From: Candidatus Poribacteria bacterium
GTDB taxonomy: Bacteria > Poribacteria > WGA-4E > JAJDTR01
Length of the DNA stretch: 64,000 nt
Direction of reading: 5' to 3'
NCBI GenBank assembly: GCA_965222225.1
Contig: CBDCTK010000002.1
Coordinates: 288,001 to 352,000, forward strand
The notes beneath the pieces were generated by a model, which worked only from the letters and a program-made list of their open reading frames with translations, was not told the origin of the DNA and made no database searches. The number at the start of each line of letters is the position of its first letter. The first letter of the stretch is position 1. Below are positions 19,188 through 29,500 of this stretch, piece after piece. A program made the position numbers and the translations under genes.

Positions 19188-19570
19188 GCTCCGACTATCA
19201 TCCGTGTCGATTAAGGTGGTGTTTGATGACACTTCTGTCACGATGGAGATGTTCCTTTTTGCTTTATCGGGCTAGTGGTTATTAAGAGAATGTCTCGTTC
19301 TATCGAGTTGGCGATGTCTGAAGCTAGAACGTTGATGATTAAGCTAACCGATGCAAGGTAAATCCACTCACCGCCTAGAACCATCTCCGATTACCGTTAT
19401 TTTTCCCAATGCGTTTTAATCTGGCAGTAAGCAACGCAGTTTTCAGTCGTTTTGTGTGTCAAATCGTTGTAGAATAGGTGGTGGCGATCCATGCATGGCA
19501 CACCACAACGGTAGTAGCGACTATCTGGAACTACCGAAAGCCGCTACCAAGCGAACACGAGAGCTAAAAC

Positions 19571-20008
19571 CTAGCCCAAACTCGCGTGGAATTCATACCA
19601 ATCGTCAAGGTTGTTAAGATTAACGGCGTCAAGGATAGAGCCGTCATCATCAATACCGGAAGCTCCAAGGATCGAGCCACGAGTTTCATCATCATGGTTG
19701 TAACCAGCGGTTGCCGCGTTCAGTTCATCAACTGCCGATTGATCAAGACTCCCGCCCTTTTTGTCGAGAACCCATTGCTCAAACTCGGGGTAGGTGGGCG
19801 AATTATCACTAATATATGCCAGCGTTTCGTCTTTATCAAGACCTAAGCCGTCAAGAACCATCTGATCGAACCCTGCGCCGCAAGCGGGGTAATCATCATT
19901 CAGTACGCCCTTGGAATCCATAAGCACTTTTGACCAGAATCTCGGAAGATGACGCACTCCAAGCGGACCGGCAACACCCGAACTGATTGTGGGGATCAAC
20001 TTAGCCAT
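19571..20008 (-). CDS. DUF5069-like small protein
   Basis: GPLGVRHLPRFWSK...YPACGAGFDQMVLDGLG. Strong RBS AAGGAG. Confidence 0.7.
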   Translation of the reverse strand: MAKLIPTISSGVAGPLGVRHLPRFWSKVLMDSKGVLNDDYPACGAGFDQMVLDGLGLDKDETLAYISDNSPTYPEFEQWVLDKKGGSLDQSAVDELNAATAGYNHDDETRGSILGASGIDDDGSILDAVNLNNLDDWYEFHASLG

Positions 20009-20239
20009 TTTCTTTTCTCCTTATCGTTTTCGTTTAAATCAATGGTAATGCAAATCCAGAGGTTCTGCATTTCTGTAAGATGATCTATTATACCACAGAT
20101 TCGGAGAGCTGAAAAGAAAAAAGAAGCCTGTTTTGGGCGATTGAATGCCGTAAGAGTTTGTGTGGTGACCGACACAGTTGAACGCGCAAAGCCTCGTATT
20201 GTAAAGTTTATTCTCTAAACTCCCTTAGGATGAAACATC

Positions 20240-20467
20240 ATGATTTGGTTGATTCTAGGCTGCGTTGTATTGGCCATGATTGGCGCAGGCACACTCATCT
20301 CGCGATTAGCGGGAATCTCTGAGAAGGATCGCGGCAAGAAGTCGTGGATCTGGGGTGTGCCCATCATAATTACACTAATCATCGTACCGCTGTTGTTGCT
20401 AGGCATAATCGTCAAATTTCTCCATTATGCAGAACTTCAAACAGTCTTTGATTCCTTCCGGCGATAG
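20240..20467 (+). CDS. Small two-TM membrane protein
   Basis: Two hydrophobic helices; RBS-like AGGA upstream. Confidence 0.55.
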   Translation: MIWLILGCVVLAMIGAGTLISRLAGISEKDRGKKSWIWGVPIIITLIIVPLLLLGIIVKFLHYAELQTVFDSFRR

Positions 20468-20496
20468 TTGTTTTGCTAGTTAGATTCTACTCCTTG

Positions 20497-21216
20497 TCAA
20501 TCTCCCGGATGGGTTTCGTCTGCTGCTAATGTTCTGTGCTTTTTGCCTCCACCAGCAACGTACAGAAAGAAGATTGTTCCGGCGATTGCGAGGAGTATCC
20601 ACAAAACCCCCCAGAAGAGCGTTGGAATGTTAGTCATCTCCGCGAGCATTCGCGCATCTGATCGTAGATGCGCACGATCCAGAATGTCGCTCTTGATATC
20701 AAGAATAGCGTAGAGGCAGCTCGTTACACCAATAACTTGAAGGATCCAACGGTTTACCGAGCTATTCAGGAATTTTCCGCTTATGACGAGCACCGCGCCG
20801 AACCCGATGCCAAACACAAGACCGAATAGATTACGTAGATACAGTACCGAGACAGCAATCATCCCAATGCCTATAACGACGCTTAAGGTTTTGTCCAGTC
20901 GGGCTCGTACGGCGAGGAGAAGAATCAACCCGCCCCAAATCAAGCTACCAAGATAGCCGGCGGTCAGTGTCCAGAAAGGCGATCCGCCCCTAGTGATTGC
21001 GTGTCCGCCCTCTTGGGAAACGACAACGATTTCTTCAATTTGACCGCCCGTAGCCATTGCCGCGACGCCGTGGCTGATTTCGTGCATAAACACGACAAAT
21101 ATCTTCAAAGGATACACAACGGGTGTGTTCCACAACAGAGTGACAGCGACGAATATCAGGATTATTCCGCCGTTTAGCCTTCTGAAGAATTCTTTAATCA
21201 CATCAGTTTCCTCCAA
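20497..21216 (-). CDS. M50B-family membrane metallopeptidase
   Basis: HEISH zinc motif, AGYLG and SDA motif; multiple TM helices. Confidence 0.85.
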   Translation of the reverse strand: MEETDVIKEFFRRLNGGIILIFVAVTLLWNTPVVYPLKIFVVFMHEISHGVAAMATGGQIEEIVVVSQEGGHAITRGGSPFWTLTAGYLGSLIWGGLILLLAVRARLDKTLSVVIGIGMIAVSVLYLRNLFGLVFGIGFGAVLVISGKFLNSSVNRWILQVIGVTSCLYAILDIKSDILDRAHLRSDARMLAEMTNIPTLFWGVLWILLAIAGTIFFLYVAGGGKKHRTLAADETHPGD

Positions 21217-21268
21217 TCCTTTGGATAACTCGTTGCCCGAATCACTCCGTGATTAGACACATTTTCCG

Positions 21269-21297
21269 TTGATATTGCACCGCCGATATGCTATAGT
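21269..21297 (+). promoter_or_regulatory. Putative sigma70 promoter of aroC
   Basis: TTGATA-17 nt-TATAGT with an extended TG. Confidence 0.45.
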
Positions 21298-21389
21298 TGC
21301 ATTTGGGTTGTTTCTGTATGGTAATACCATTTTGTGCGGCTTGTCAAGAGGATTTCGGCACAGTTCTTTTCAAGTCTCGGGGTTAGGGA

Positions 21390-22481
21390 ATGAACACATT
21401 TGGCCATCTCTTTCGCATCACGACATGGGGCGAATCCCACGGCAACGCCATCGGTGTTGTGGTAGATGGCTGTCCACCCTTATTGAGAATCGACACGGAG
21501 GCGATCCAGTTTGAATTGGATCGGCGCCGTCCTGGCCAGAGCAGTCTCACGACTCCCCGGCAGGAGGAAGACCAAGTCGAAATTCTCTCGGGTGTTTTCG
21601 AGGGAAAAACACTCGGTACCCCGATATCCATGTTGGTGAAGAACAAAGATGCGAAACCTTCCGCGTATAACCATCTGAAAGACATTTATCGGCCCTCGCA
21701 CGCCGATTTTACGTATAAGCAGAAATATGGCATTTACAACTGGCAGGGCGGTGGACGTGCCAGCGCACGGGAGACCATTGGACGGGTCGCCGCAGGCGCA
21801 ATTGCCAAGCAGATTTTACGAGAAACCTGCGGCACGGAGATTCTCGCTTACATCAAGCAAATTCACACAATAGAGGCTGAAGTTGATTCGGAGACAATCA
21901 CACTAGATGAGATTGAATCGAGTCCCGTACGATGCCCTGACCGTATCGCAAGCAAAAAGATGGCAGCCTGTATCGATCAGGCGCGGCGAGACGGGGACTC
22001 GCTTGGCGGCATAATCGAGTCCGTTTCCCGCGATGTTCCGACGGGACTTGGCGAACCGGTGTTCGACAAACTGAAAGCGGATCTTGCCAAAGCGATGATG
22101 TCTCTCCCCGCAACGATGGGCTTTCAAATTGGCTCAGGGTTTGGTGGGGTCACGTCGACCGGATCGTCCCACAACGACCCGTTCTACAGCGATCACGGCA
22201 GAATCCGCACACGGACGAACAATTCGGGCGGAACTCAAGGCGGCATCTCAAACGGTGAGAATATTCTGTTCCAGGTGGCATTCAAGCCGACAGCGACAAT
22301 TCGTAAGGAGCAGGAAACGGTTGATGCCCAAGGCAATTCGGTAACCCTGTCCGCCCATGGCAGGCATGACCCGTGCGTTCTGCCCCGTGCACCGGCTATC
22401 GTCGAGGCAATGACGGCACTAGTGTTGGTTGACCACTTCCTGCGTCAAAACGCGAAAAAATTGGACGAGATTCAGACTTGA
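21390..22481 (+). CDS. aroC: Chorismate synthase
   Basis: [28 protein letters not shown] and GRHDPCV motifs. Confidence 0.98.
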   Translation: MNTFGHLFRITTWGESHGNAIGVVVDGCPPLLRIDTEAIQFELDRRRPGQSSLTTPRQEEDQVEILSGVFEGKTLGTPISMLVKNKDAKPSAYNHLKDIYRPSHADFTYKQKYGIYNWQGGGRASARETIGRVAAGAIAKQILRETCGTEILAYIKQIHTIEAEVDSETITLDEIESSPVRCPDRIASKKMAACIDQARRDGDSLGGIIESVSRDVPTGLGEPVFDKLKADLAKAMMSLPATMGFQIGSGFGGVTSTGSSHNDPFYSDHGRIRTRTNNSGGTQGGISNGENILFQVAFKPTATIRKEQETVDAQGNSVTLSAHGRHDPCVLPRAPAIVEAMTALVLVDHFLRQNAKKLDEIQT

Positions 22482-22656
22482 TGAAGTCCCAGTATGTGTT
22501 CAAATATGCGCAACATCACGGTAACCAATCTACATGTCGTGATGTGTAGCAAGAGAGTTCCTAGGCATTCCACGCAAGTGCGCAATTCAGATTGGGTTTT
22601 CGACTCTTATGGTGACACACCGTCGCCGATTCTCATGAATTGATGGTCAAGGATTA

Positions 22657-23625
22657 ATGCAGCCGAAACAACATAATCACAATCTCGTTATTGATGTCGG
22701 CACAAATTCTGTGCATATGCTCGTCTGTGATGTAGGGACTAACGGACAAAAACCTAAGGTTGTCTTTGACGATCGAAGAATCACGCGGCTGGGACATGGA
22801 TTGATGCTGACAAATGAACTCCAAGAGGAAGCGATGGCGCGTACCTGCGCCACCATTCGCGAATTCGCCGTACAAGCGGGACGGTTAGGGGTTGAACAGG
22901 TGGTCGCTGTTGGTACGAGTGCTCTCCGCGAAGCGAGAAATGCCGCCGAGTTTGTGAAGCGCGTCGTGGATCGATGTGACATCGAAATCGAAATTATATC
23001 GGGAGAAACCGAAGCTCGATGTGCTTTCTTGTCAATTCGATTAGACGAGTATTTTAGACATCTCAACGGCGACCACATCATGGTGGTGGATATCGGTGGC
23101 GGGAGTACGGAGATTATAGTGGGCAGACGGAAGATTGACAACTTCGTGAGTGTGAACCTCGGTGCTGTTTATCTAACGGAGACCTTTCTCGCAAGCGACC
23201 CACCAACTGTTGAAGAATTGGGGATGCTGTATTCCTTCCTTGAGGAGACTTGGTCAACGCAGCCGATTGCTACTGCGAAGTTTCATTCGGCACCGGTGCT
23301 GACAGGAATTGGAGGAACAATCGTAAACCTTGTAGGCATAAAACTTGGCTTGAATCACTTTAATCCGCGGCTGCTCCATGGGCAGATGCTGTACATTTCG
23401 GAAATTGAAAATCAGATTCGCCAATTGTGTTCCGTTCCCTTGGAGGAACGCAAGCAGATTCCCGGATTGGAAGTCAAGCGTGCGGACATTATCACTGCAG
23501 GCGCGGCTGTTCTTCGGAGCATTCTAAAGCATTTTGGCGCCTCACGAATTCGTGTCAGCACGCATGGCTTGCGCTACGGCATAATGTACGATCGGTTTGT
23601 CTCGCAAAGCGATGGTAGTATTTAG
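22657..23625 (+). CDS. ppx: Ppx/GppA exopolyphosphatase (short form)
   Basis: IDVGTNS, GTSALREARN, ISGETEA, DIGGGSTE, RADII and GLRYG motifs. Confidence 0.92.
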   Translation: MQPKQHNHNLVIDVGTNSVHMLVCDVGTNGQKPKVVFDDRRITRLGHGLMLTNELQEEAMARTCATIREFAVQAGRLGVEQVVAVGTSALREARNAAEFVKRVVDRCDIEIEIISGETEARCAFLSIRLDEYFRHLNGDHIMVVDIGGGSTEIIVGRRKIDNFVSVNLGAVYLTETFLASDPPTVEELGMLYSFLEETWSTQPIATAKFHSAPVLTGIGGTIVNLVGIKLGLNHFNPRLLHGQMLYISEIENQIRQLCSVPLEERKQIPGLEVKRADIITAGAAVLRSILKHFGASRIRVSTHGLRYGIMYDRFVSQSDGSI

Positions 23626-23652
23626 CGGGTCGGTTTGTCAAGAAGGAACTCT

Positions 23653-24675
23653 GTGGAGATTATGGATTCGGCAATATCCTTGGGGCTTGAGAAACTTGGA
23701 CAGGAAGATTACGTTGTCGGCGTGGATATGGGTGGTACGAAGATTCTCGCCGCGGTCATCGGTTCAAATGGGCAAATCGTGTCACGGTTTAAGGTGATGA
23801 CCAGAGCGGATAAAAGCGCCGAAGAGGTCATTAATCGAATATCCGATTGTATCTTCCAATCAATTGCACAGGCGAACCTGCAACAATCACAGATTCGGGG
23901 AATTGGCGTCGGTGCTCCTGGAGTGGTCGATTCAAAAACAGGCGTTATTATTTTTGCACCAAACCTTCGTTGGACGAATGTAGCCCTAAAATCTGTTCTT
24001 GAAAATCAGTTCAAAATTCCCGTATCCGTCGACAACGACGTGAATCTGGGGACGCTCGGCGAGCAGACGTTAGGAGCTGGAAGAGGAGTTGATAATCTCG
24101 TCGGCATTTTCATTGGTACTGGCATCGGCGGCGGAATAATTCTAAATGGTAAGCTATTTTATGGAGCCAACTGGACCGCGGGTGAAATCGGGCATGTTAT
24201 CCTAAAACCCGATGGGCCCAAATGCAGTTGCGGAAATCGAGGCTGTCTGGAGGCGCTTGCCAGCCGAACCGCCATCTCACGACATGTTCGGAAAGCCATC
24301 ACTCAGCAAGGAAAAAAAAGCATCCTCCCGGAACTAAACGGCGGTAATCTTGACTTGGTGCGTAGCGGTGCCTTGGCTAAGGCGGTGAAGAGAGGTGACA
24401 GGGTGACGACCAAGGCGATTCAGCGGGCGCAGTATTATCTTGGAATAGGGGTCGCGACAGTTGTCGGATTCGTAAATCCCCAAGTCGTCGTGCTCGGTGG
24501 CGGTCTCATTGAAGCCATGGGCGAGGATTTTGTGAATGGTGTATATAATGTCGCAGCGGAACTCGCTCTTCCCAATGCCATGAACGGTGTAGAAGTTGTA
24601 AGTGCGATGCTCGGAGATGACGCAGGTGTCATCGGAGCCGCGGTGCTTGCCTGCCAAAATCCTGGGTTGGAGTGA
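23653..24675 (+). CDS. ROK-family sugar kinase (glucokinase-like)
   Basis: GVDMGGTK, GAPG, DNDVN, GTGIGGG, GEIGH and CSCGNRGCLE. No HTH domain; start codon uncertain. Confidence 0.9.
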   Translation: MEIMDSAISLGLEKLGQEDYVVGVDMGGTKILAAVIGSNGQIVSRFKVMTRADKSAEEVINRISDCIFQSIAQANLQQSQIRGIGVGAPGVVDSKTGVIIFAPNLRWTNVALKSVLENQFKIPVSVDNDVNLGTLGEQTLGAGRGVDNLVGIFIGTGIGGGIILNGKLFYGANWTAGEIGHVILKPDGPKCSCGNRGCLEALASRTAISRHVRKAITQQGKKSILPELNGGNLDLVRSGALAKAVKRGDRVTTKAIQRAQYYLGIGVATVVGFVNPQVVVLGGGLIEAMGEDFVNGVYNVAAELALPNAMNGVEVVSAMLGDDAGVIGAAVLACQNPGLE

Positions 24676-24793
24676 AAGGAACGTTGTCTCATGCTAGCTA
24701 AAGCGATGCCTGTAATCGGACATGCTTGTGGGCACGCAGTAAGTTCATGTTTCGGTTAGTTGATATTAGCAATCACTGATTCAGGAGGAATAA

Positions 24794-25537
24794 ATGAGCC
24801 GTCTTACACAATCTCATCCCTATCCGGGCAAGCTCTTTGTGGTTGAAGGGATTGACGGGTCTGGCAAAAGCACGCAGTTGGACCTGTTACATAAATGGTT
24901 GGTTGCCGAAGGATTCAATGTGTTTTTCACGGAGTGGAACTCTTCGCCGCTTGTCAAGCAGACGAACAAAAAGGGTAAGAAGAAAAACCTTTTGACCCCT
25001 ACGACGTTCAGTGTTCTACATGCGACCGACTTCGCGGATCGATTAGCCAACATGATCGTCCCTCCTCTTCAGGCAGGTATGATTGTCCTGGCGGATCGCT
25101 ATGTATACACCGCTTTTGCGCGAGATGTCGTTCGCGGAGTTCACCCGAACTGGGTCCGCAATCTGTACTCGTTCGCTGTCAAACCGGACATTGCATTCTA
25201 TTTCAAGGTACCCATTGATGTATCAATAAGGCGGGTCACTGTCGGACGTGCAGGTCTCAAGTTCTACGAGGCGGGTATGGATCTCGGGTTGAGTGACGAT
25301 CCCGTCACCAGCTTTAGGTTGTTCCAGGGCAAAGTGATTGATGAATACGATCGATTGACGGAGGAGTTTGGACTGACCGTCATTGACGGGAGCGGCCCAA
25401 TCAACGAGCAACAGGAGAGGCTGCGCGATTTGGTCTGCAATGAGTTAAGAGACTATGCTATCCACCACCGCCCGATGACCATTCCGGAACTACATCGCGG
25501 CACCACGACTGAGGTTACAACGTCATCCGCTCCGTGA
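24794..25537 (+). CDS. Thymidylate-kinase-like P-loop kinase, subunit A
   Basis: VEGIDGSGKSTQ, TEWNSS, VLADRY and YEAGMD. RBS AGGAGG. Confidence 0.85.
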   Translation: MSRLTQSHPYPGKLFVVEGIDGSGKSTQLDLLHKWLVAEGFNVFFTEWNSSPLVKQTNKKGKKKNLLTPTTFSVLHATDFADRLANMIVPPLQAGMIVLADRYVYTAFARDVVRGVHPNWVRNLYSFAVKPDIAFYFKVPIDVSIRRVTVGRAGLKFYEAGMDLGLSDDPVTSFRLFQGKVIDEYDRLTEEFGLTVIDGSGPINEQQERLRDLVCNELRDYAIHHRPMTIPELHRGTTTEVTTSSAP

Positions 25538-25659
25538 ATTAATCCGTGAAACACAGGTAAGACGAGTTTCCCGAATCTGGCTATCAACCTCACATCACAT
25601 AGGGCGGTTATCTATGCAAAATAATTTTCTGCGGCTCGAAATCTTCGGGAGAGGGAAAG

Positions 25660-26391
25660 ATGAGAGAGGAAATATTCTACGGCGAAGGGTTGCCTTACGT
25701 TGACACTACCGATCTGAGTGGAAAACTGATTGTCATCGAAGGTACTGATGGAGTCGGTAGATCTACTCAAATCGAGGGTACTAATGAAAGCGGCAAATCG
25801 ACGCCGATCGAAGGGTTGAAAAAATGGCTTGAGGTACAAGGCTACGGTGTGGTCAGCACGGGTTGGACGCGATCGCCACTATTGGGGCCCGCAATTGATG
25901 CGATCAAGCAGGGAAACACGTTGAACCAAATTACGTACAGCATTCTATATGCAGCCGATTTTGCCGATCGTCTCGAAAACGTGATTATTCCAGCCCTGAA
26001 GGGTGGTTTTATCGTTCTTGCCGATCGCTATATGTACACAGCCTTCGCGCGTCATGTCGTTCGAGGTGTCGATCCACAATGGCTTCGCGGAATCTATGGA
26101 TTCGCCCCGCTACCCGACCTTGTAATTTATTTGAAAATTGGACTTGAGGGCTTGATTCAACGCACCTTCACTTCCGGGAGAAGTATGAAATATTGGGAAT
26201 CCGGTATGGACATCGGCTTTCGTGGCGGTCTGTATGAAAGTTTCGCCGAATATCAAACTCTTGTCCTTGAAGAGTTTGACAAAATGACCGATGAGTTTGG
26301 ATTCACAGTGCTTGACGCATCGCCCAAAATCGAGCAGGTAAATCAAAACCTCAAAGAGGTAATTGGAGAGTTCCTCACGACTTCGAGCTAG
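25660..26391 (+). CDS. Thymidylate-kinase-like protein, subunit B, with duplicated P-loop
   Basis: IEGTDGVGRSTQ-IEGTNESGKSTP-IEG, VLADRY and YWESGMD. Confidence 0.85.
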   Translation: MREEIFYGEGLPYVDTTDLSGKLIVIEGTDGVGRSTQIEGTNESGKSTPIEGLKKWLEVQGYGVVSTGWTRSPLLGPAIDAIKQGNTLNQITYSILYAADFADRLENVIIPALKGGFIVLADRYMYTAFARHVVRGVDPQWLRGIYGFAPLPDLVIYLKIGLEGLIQRTFTSGRSMKYWESGMDIGFRGGLYESFAEYQTLVLEEFDKMTDEFGFTVLDASPKIEQVNQNLKEVIGEFLTTSS

Positions 26392-26561
26392 CAACCGCTG
26401 GGCGATGTAATGTTGCTGGTCTCATTCCGTGATCGAAGCAGCTGTTTCTTCCAAGTTCGACCTGAAATGATACTTAACGCTTTTCAAGATTCCTGCCGTC
26501 ATGTCTGCTGCCGAGCCACTCAGGAAAAATATGAATTGCGTATTACTCACAAGGGAAGTTC

Positions 26562-29500
26562 ATGCCTCAAGAATATATTGACATCGGCGGCGCATGCGAA
26601 CATAATCTCAAGAATATCAGCCTTCGACTCCCGAAGGATAAACTAATTGTCTTCACTGGTGTCAGCGGTTCCGGCAAGTCCTCACTAGCGTTTGATACGA
26701 TCTACGCTGAAGGCCAACGCCGCTATATCGAATCCCTTTCCGCATACGCCCGTCAATTCCTTGGCCAACTGGAACGACCTGATGTCGACTTCATCAGTGG
26801 CCTCTCCCCCTCAATTTCAATTGACCAAAAATCCACAGGACACAACCCTCGTTCAACTGTAGCAACTGTTACAGAGATTTATGACTACCTGCGCGTTCTC
26901 TTCGCGCGCGTCGGTACACCGCATTGTCTCGAATGTGGTCGCCCCGTGGGAGCTCAAACAGGAGATGCGATTGTCGATCAGATTGTGGGTTTTCCGGAGC
27001 GGACGCGAATACTCATTTTAGCGCCAATTGTGAGCGGTCGTCGCGGGGAGTATCGTGAAGACTTGGCAGACGCGAGAAAAGCCGGATTCGTTCGCGCGAG
27101 GATCGATGGGCAGATATACGAACTGGCGGATGAAATCCAGCTTAATCGGAACCAACGGCACGACATTGAGCTTGTCGTCGATAGGCTCATCATCAAACCC
27201 GATATCCGCAGTCGAGTCGCTGAAGCCGTTGAGACCGCATTGCGAATGGGGAATGGTCGGCTTATCGTCCACATCGTCTCAACTCCCGACTCTATGGAGG
27301 AGGGAGAGAAGGGTGACGAACAGCCGAGTTCCGCAGATCTTTTGTTCAGCAAGGACTATACCTGCGTTCACTGTAACATCAGCTATGAACCCCCTGCGCC
27401 CCGTCATTTTTCCTTCAACAGTCCGGCTGGCATGTGCCCATCATGCAAGGGCTTAGGGAACAAAACGGAAATGTCACCGGACCTGGTCGTACCCGATCCA
27501 ACCAAGTCCATTCAAGAAGGTGCGATTGTCTTTTGGGGAACGCTTGATACCCTCCAGACCCGCCATCTCGCCTTTAGTGTGGCGGACTATCTTGGATTTG
27601 ACATTGATACCCCTTGGAAAGATTTGACCGAGGAGCAACGACACATCGTCCTTTACGGTACCGGGAACAAGAAAATCCCGTTCGTTTATCAAACTCGCCG
27701 AAATCGTCGCCTTAAATACACAGCGCCGTATGAGGGTGTTATTCCCCCTGAAGAGCGGAAGTATTTCCAAAGCAATTCAGAGTTACACAAGCGGTATCTG
27801 TCGAAATACATGGTCTCGGGGGCATGTCCCGAGTGCCATGGACAGCGGCTTAAGCCTGAAGTCAAGTCAGTATCAATTGCGGGAAAATCAATTCTTGATG
27901 TCGTCGCCATGACAATCAGTAATAGTCTTGAATTCTTTGAAAAACTTCAGTTGTCCGAGCGTGAGGCATTTATTGCAACCGATTTGCTCAAAGAGATTAA
28001 GGGACGTATTGGGTTCTTGATTAACGTTGGTCTGCACTATCTAACACTAGACCGCACAGCGCCAACACTTTCCGGTGGAGAATCGCAGCGAATTCGATTG
28101 GCAAGTCAGGTGGGTGCCGGCTTACGCGGCGTAATTTATGTGCTTGATGAACCGAGTATCGGGTTGCATCCACGAGATAATGCGCATCTACTCGCGACGC
28201 TGCAACTCCTTAGAGATCAGGGAAACACGGTCATTGTTGTTGAACACGACGAGGACACGATGTGGGCTGGAGATTTAATCGTGGACTTCGGGCCGGGACC
28301 GGGGGTTAAGGGCGGAGAGATTTCTGCCATTGGTACGCCTCAAGAATTGCTTGACAACTCGAATACGCTGACAGCACAGTATCTGCGCGGTGAACAACGG
28401 ATTGACATCCCGGTCGAGCGCCGGTTTGTCGGTGACCGTTGGCTTGAAATCGCCGGTGCGCGTCACAACAATCTCAAGAATATTGATGTGCGAGTCCCCA
28501 TCGGCAGTTTTACCTGCGTAACCGGAGTGAGCGGGTCGGGCAAGAGTTCCTTGATTAACGATATCCTGTATGAGGCGCTCGCACGTGAGTTGATGAAAGC
28601 GCACGGCGATCCTGGGAATCACAAGGCGATACGAGTGCTCATGTGCGAAAACGAGGATATGGAGAATCCAGAACCTGAGAGTCTCGACACAGATTTTGAA
28701 GAGTTCTCAAGCCAGAACTTTGAGTCAGCCCCATCCGAGTCCTTTCAATCGGAGTTGTCTAGCCTCCAGGTGCCAGTCGTTAGTATAATCGACAAAGTCA
28801 TCGACATTGATCAAGCGCCCATCGGACGAACTCCTAGGTCCAACCCCGCTACCTATACCAAAGTATTCGATCGCATTCGAGCGCTATATGCCGAACTTGC
28901 CGACTCAAAGCTGCGGGGATATAAGCCAGGGAGGTTTAGTTTTAATGTCTCTGGGGGCCGCTGCGAAGCGTGCCAGGGTAACGGTGCACGGCGTATCGAA
29001 ATGCACTTCTTGGCGGACGTTTGGGTGAAATGCAACGTTTGTCACGGTCGGCGGTACAACGAAGAAACGTTGCAAGTAAAATACCGCGACAAAAGCATTG
29101 TAGATGCGCTGAACATGGATGTACAAGAAGCGCTAGAGCACTTTGCCAATGTACCCTCGATTGCGCATGTTCTCCAAACACTGCACGAGGTGGGATTGGA
29201 TTATATCAAACTCGGTCAACCTGCCCCGACACTCTCCGGCGGGGAGGCGCAACGGATTAAGCTTGCGCGCGAACTTGCCAAACGCAGCACGGGAAAAACG
29301 CTCTACATTCTTGATGAGCCGACGACAGGGTTGCATTTCGACGATGTCAAGAAGTTATTGGATGTATTGCATCGGCTCGTTGACAAGGGTAACACTGTTG
29401 TCGTGGTCGAGCACAATCTGGAAGTTGTCAAAACGGCGGACTACGTAATTGACCTTGGTCCCGAAGGCGGTGAGGAGGGCGGGTACGTTGTAGCCCTTGG

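Noticed and set aside
19020-19400. T-box riboswitch upstream of ileS
   Set aside because: No clear T-box consensus found; the leader peptide with an Ile run explains the structure better.
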